Below are positions 61,515-64,000 of a stretch of DNA of 64,000 nt, one piece after another. The stretch lies in contig CP000875.1 of assembly GCA_000018565.1 (NCBI GenBank), forward strand, positions 313,199 to 377,198, read 5' to 3'. Every line of letters begins with the position of its first letter. Positions within the stretch are counted from its first letter, which is position 1. This DNA is from Herpetosiphon aurantiacus DSM 785 (GTDB taxonomy: Bacteria > Chloroflexota > Chloroflexia > Chloroflexales > Herpetosiphonaceae). The notes under the pieces were generated by a model. That model saw only the letters and a list, made by a program, of their open reading frames with translations. It ran no database searches and was not told the origin of the DNA. The translations under genes were made by a program, and so were the position numbers.

Positions 61515-61706
61515 ATGAAAGGCCAAACACGCAATTATTTGAATGAAGAGTGGTTGGAAGACCAAGAAACTGAAGAAATAGCTGAGCGCCGCGAACGCAA
61601 AAATGATGATCGCCCACCGCCCAATCCGCGCCAACAAAAGGCCAAAGAATGGGGGCGGGCAATGGCGAAATATCATCGTCAGCGCAAAAAAGAAGGTCGC
61701 CAATAA
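61515..61706 (+). CDS. Small highly charged protein (hypothetical)
   Basis: It is a 63-aa ORF that is rich in Lys, Arg and Glu. The RBS spacing is suboptimal. Confidence 0.25.
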   Translation: MKGQTRNYLNEEWLEDQETEEIAERRERKNDDRPPPNPRQQKAKEWGRAMAKYHRQRKKEGRQ

Positions 61707-61761
61707 TGCCAACAGCCCGCTGCATAGATTGCAGCGGGCTTTGTTGTGGATGCTTGGTTAT

Positions 61762-62970
61762 TTATTGATGGAGCCATAATTGGTGGGTGAGTTTGTTCAC
61801 ATCCGCATCAGCAATTGCGTAAAACAAACGTCCGTCACCACCATCGACCCCACTAAACCCATCGGTAAACATATGTTGATCTCCACCAGGATCAAGGGTG
61901 ATAACTGAACCCGAGGTGCTCAGCGTATTCTGAAACAAAGACCCAAGGATATTTTCTCGGAGTAAGACCAAATCGCCACCGCCCATATCAAAGATTTGGA
62001 CACCATTACTTGATCCAGTTGATAATGAGCCACTTGCATCCAATGAGATTTGATTCGTGAACGGATCAACATTCCACATTTCAATCACCGTTGTCCCATC
62101 AGATTTATAGCGGGCAGTGAGGAGCCGTTGACTTGAAAAGGCTACATCGAAGCCCTCGATTGATGTGCCATAGACAACGCCTGAAAGAAAATTGATCGAA
62201 CCACTTGCATCTTGATCTACGTTCCAGACGCGAATGTTCATAAGATCGTTACTATTCTTATGGACGGTTGCAAACTGCCAGAGATTGGTTGTATTTCTGA
62301 TCATCGCGATCTCATCGCCGATCTGAAGTCCTCCGTCCACAAAATCAAGCCATGTAAAGGTAACTGTGTTGTTATTGTTGCGTACAACTTTCCACGAATC
62401 TAACCGCATTGTGCCGTCTTGTCGGCGGACGATCGTCACAAACTGTCCTCTGTTCAGCGAACCGACGCGAGCAATTTGCACATCTGAGACAAAGGATAAA
62501 TCGGGAATCGAGGGAATATGATCATTGAGCCGATCAATCGTTCGACCATTCGTTCCGGTCGTAACATCGTAGGCAATGAACTTCAGGCTCCTGTCGTTCA
62601 TCTCCACAGCCGCAACCACGAGACCTGAGCTACCAACGCGATCAATTGCGACATCGTTCATTGCCCCGCCATCTTCGATATCGGCCCCAAGTTTTGTGTT
62701 GGTAGTGGTATTGACGTAATAAGCACTGACCCGCAGATTGCCATCATCTTTGCGCACAGCGCTGACAAAGGTCTGAACTCCAGCAATATCATCGAAGTCA
62801 CCAATTGCTGTGGCCATCCCGTAGTCCATCACATTTACCGTGTCCTTCACATCAACAGTGTTGTAATCGGTAAATTTATTGGTCAACGTCCCACTTGCAA
62901 AGGCGGGAGTACTTAATCCAACGACGAGCAATCCAGCGGCAACCGCTTTTACTATTTGTCGAGCAACCAT
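61762..62970 (-). CDS. Secreted beta-propeller-like repeat protein (hypothetical)
   Basis: It has a signal peptide (AAGLLVVGLSTPAFA) and repeated blades (IRVWNVD, IEMWNVD, RLDSWKV). A GGAGGA RBS lies before the ATG at 62970. Confidence 0.55.
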   Translation of the reverse strand: MVARQIVKAVAAGLLVVGLSTPAFASGTLTNKFTDYNTVDVKDTVNVMDYGMATAIGDFDDIAGVQTFVSAVRKDDGNLRVSAYYVNTTTNTKLGADIEDGGAMNDVAIDRVGSSGLVVAAVEMNDRSLKFIAYDVTTGTNGRTIDRLNDHIPSIPDLSFVSDVQIARVGSLNRGQFVTIVRRQDGTMRLDSWKVVRNNNNTVTFTWLDFVDGGLQIGDEIAMIRNTTNLWQFATVHKNSNDLMNIRVWNVDQDASGSINFLSGVVYGTSIEGFDVAFSSQRLLTARYKSDGTTVIEMWNVDPFTNQISLDASGSLSTGSSNGVQIFDMGGGDLVLLRENILGSLFQNTLSTSGSVITLDPGGDQHMFTDGFSGVDGGDGRLFYAIADADVNKLTHQLWLHQ

Positions 62971-63186
62971 CGTTCCATCCTCCAATAAGAGATTCACTCT
63001 TAATTTGATGGATATAGCATAGCAGCGCGACCCATGGCAAAAGTCTCATTTCACGATTAAAAAGTCTCATCCTCCGACTCCAGCCACTAGCGACAGTATT
63101 GACGCAACCACAGAACGCCGTTGCGTAACTAAATAAAAGCCCGCTGCACGAGTTGCAGCGGGCTTTGTTGTGGATGCTTGGGTTTG

Positions 63187-64000
63187 CTAGTTGAAGATTT
63201 CGCGTAAGGCGACATAGTTGTCGATGACTGAAGGCGTTACGCGGCGCACCGTATTGACATATGAATTCAGATTCGAACAGGTGAAACATTCTTCGGTGAT
63301 AATCACTGCTGACACAACCGGAATATCTTTGCCGTGGTGGGCGCTGTATTCATAATGATAAACTGGGCTGCCACTATGACCAGCGCTGGCATCACATTTC
63401 ACATCGTAGCGCCGTGACCAACCATCACCATCAAGGTTCTTGAACCAACGTGCCCCACAATTGCCAGGATCACCATACATTCGAGCAACTTGACAGCCAG
63501 CTGGAGCATTGCCACGAGTCGCTCCGTCGCCATTACAGTTAGGGTAACCACGATTATAGCTGGTTGTATTCTTCAAATAGGTCGCTGTACGTGGAGCAAC
63601 GCCCATCCATGAAGTGGTATCGCCCAAACGATCAGGTACAACGATCATCCCAATGTCCCAGCGAGTGCGATTGTTTTGGTTTGGATCGCGCCATTCTTCA
63701 AAGGTCCAATACCATGATTCCACTGGTGGCTGTGGATTGGGCATGATCACGGTTGAGTTATACGGTGCTGAGCCTGTGCCCGTGCCATTCCGGCCAGGCG
63801 TAACTTTGGTGGTAAACCAAACATTGGTTGCTTCACGATTGATACAGTGGGCGGCGGTAATCAAGTGACGTGGCCCTACAAAAGTCCCGGTACAGTTGGA
63901 ATCTTGGTTGCCGCTCACCCGTGAAAATTGGCTGATTGTGCGTAATGGAAATTGGGTATGGTTGGTTTTTAATTCACGATTATCGTCGCCATTGCTCCAG
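63187..64000 (-). CDS. Trypsin-like S1 serine protease, partial (N-terminus beyond window end)
   Basis: It has the catalytic His (LITAAHC) and a Ser motif (DASAGHSGSPVY). The frame is open through position 64000. Confidence 0.75.
   Translation of the reverse strand, partial: WSNGDDNRELKTNHTQFPLRTISQFSRVSGNQDSNCTGTFVGPRHLITAAHCINREATNVWFTTKVTPGRNGTGTGSAPYNSTVIMPNPQPPVESWYWTFEEWRDPNQNNRTRWDIGMIVVPDRLGDTTSWMGVAPRTATYLKNTTSYNRGYPNCNGDGATRGNAPAGCQVARMYGDPGNCGARWFKNLDGDGWSRRYDVKCDASAGHSGSPVYHYEYSAHHGKDIPVVSAVIITEECFTCSNLNSYVNTVRRVTPSVIDNYVALREIFN

Overview
A 64-kb chromosomal window at about 50% GC. The proteins look Chloroflexi-like (gliding filamentous, Herpetosiphon-like); this organism guess is low confidence. 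Section 1 of the window, in order from the start: a partial fused shikimate kinase/3-dehydroquinate synthase gene, prmC, a secreted CAP-domain protein, a STAND ATPase with TPR repeats, and a MarR regulator. Section 2 (about 6.9-21.3 kb) is an accessory-looking block. It contains two near-identical 400-bp direct repeats, each carrying a stand-alone receiver-domain gene (one copy frameshifted). These bracket a low-affinity iron permease, a VIT1/CCC1 transporter, a cupin and an XisH/XisI pair. After them come a LapA-like plus zinc-ribbon pair, a 531-aa hypothetical with an Asp-box, a histidine kinase with a degenerate receiver, an orphan XisI-like gene, a GT4 glycosyltransferase fused to an (alpha/alpha)6-like domain, and GH130. 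The marR/eamA promoter junction is duplicated at both ends of this block, so section 2 looks like an old insertion. Section 3 holds an EamA transporter, recG, an EF-G paralog, rpsT and murJ. Section 4 is a complete cellulose-utilisation locus at 32-48.4 kb. It has two tandem GH8 genes (one without a CBM2), CBM2-GH48, and GH9-CBM3c-CBM2. It also has a LacI regulator with T. fusca CelR-like TGGGAGCG(A/G)TC(T/C)CA boxes, an ABC cellodextrin-type importer, and a cytoplasmic GH116 beta-glucosidase. Section 5 has a SelW/Rdx-family gene whose CxxU motif uses an in-frame TGA, which makes it a candidate selenoprotein that the ORF track missed. It also has an SDR epimerase, GAF histidine kinase and cNMP-binding gene operon, pth, a methyltransferase, dnaK, and a secreted beta-propeller protein next to an S1 protease. 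Several dispersed GC-rich hairpin repeat families, 9-mer CACGAAGGA microsatellite-like arrays, and a candidate CU-rich small RNA are also present. No CRISPR array, rRNA or tRNA was recognised.
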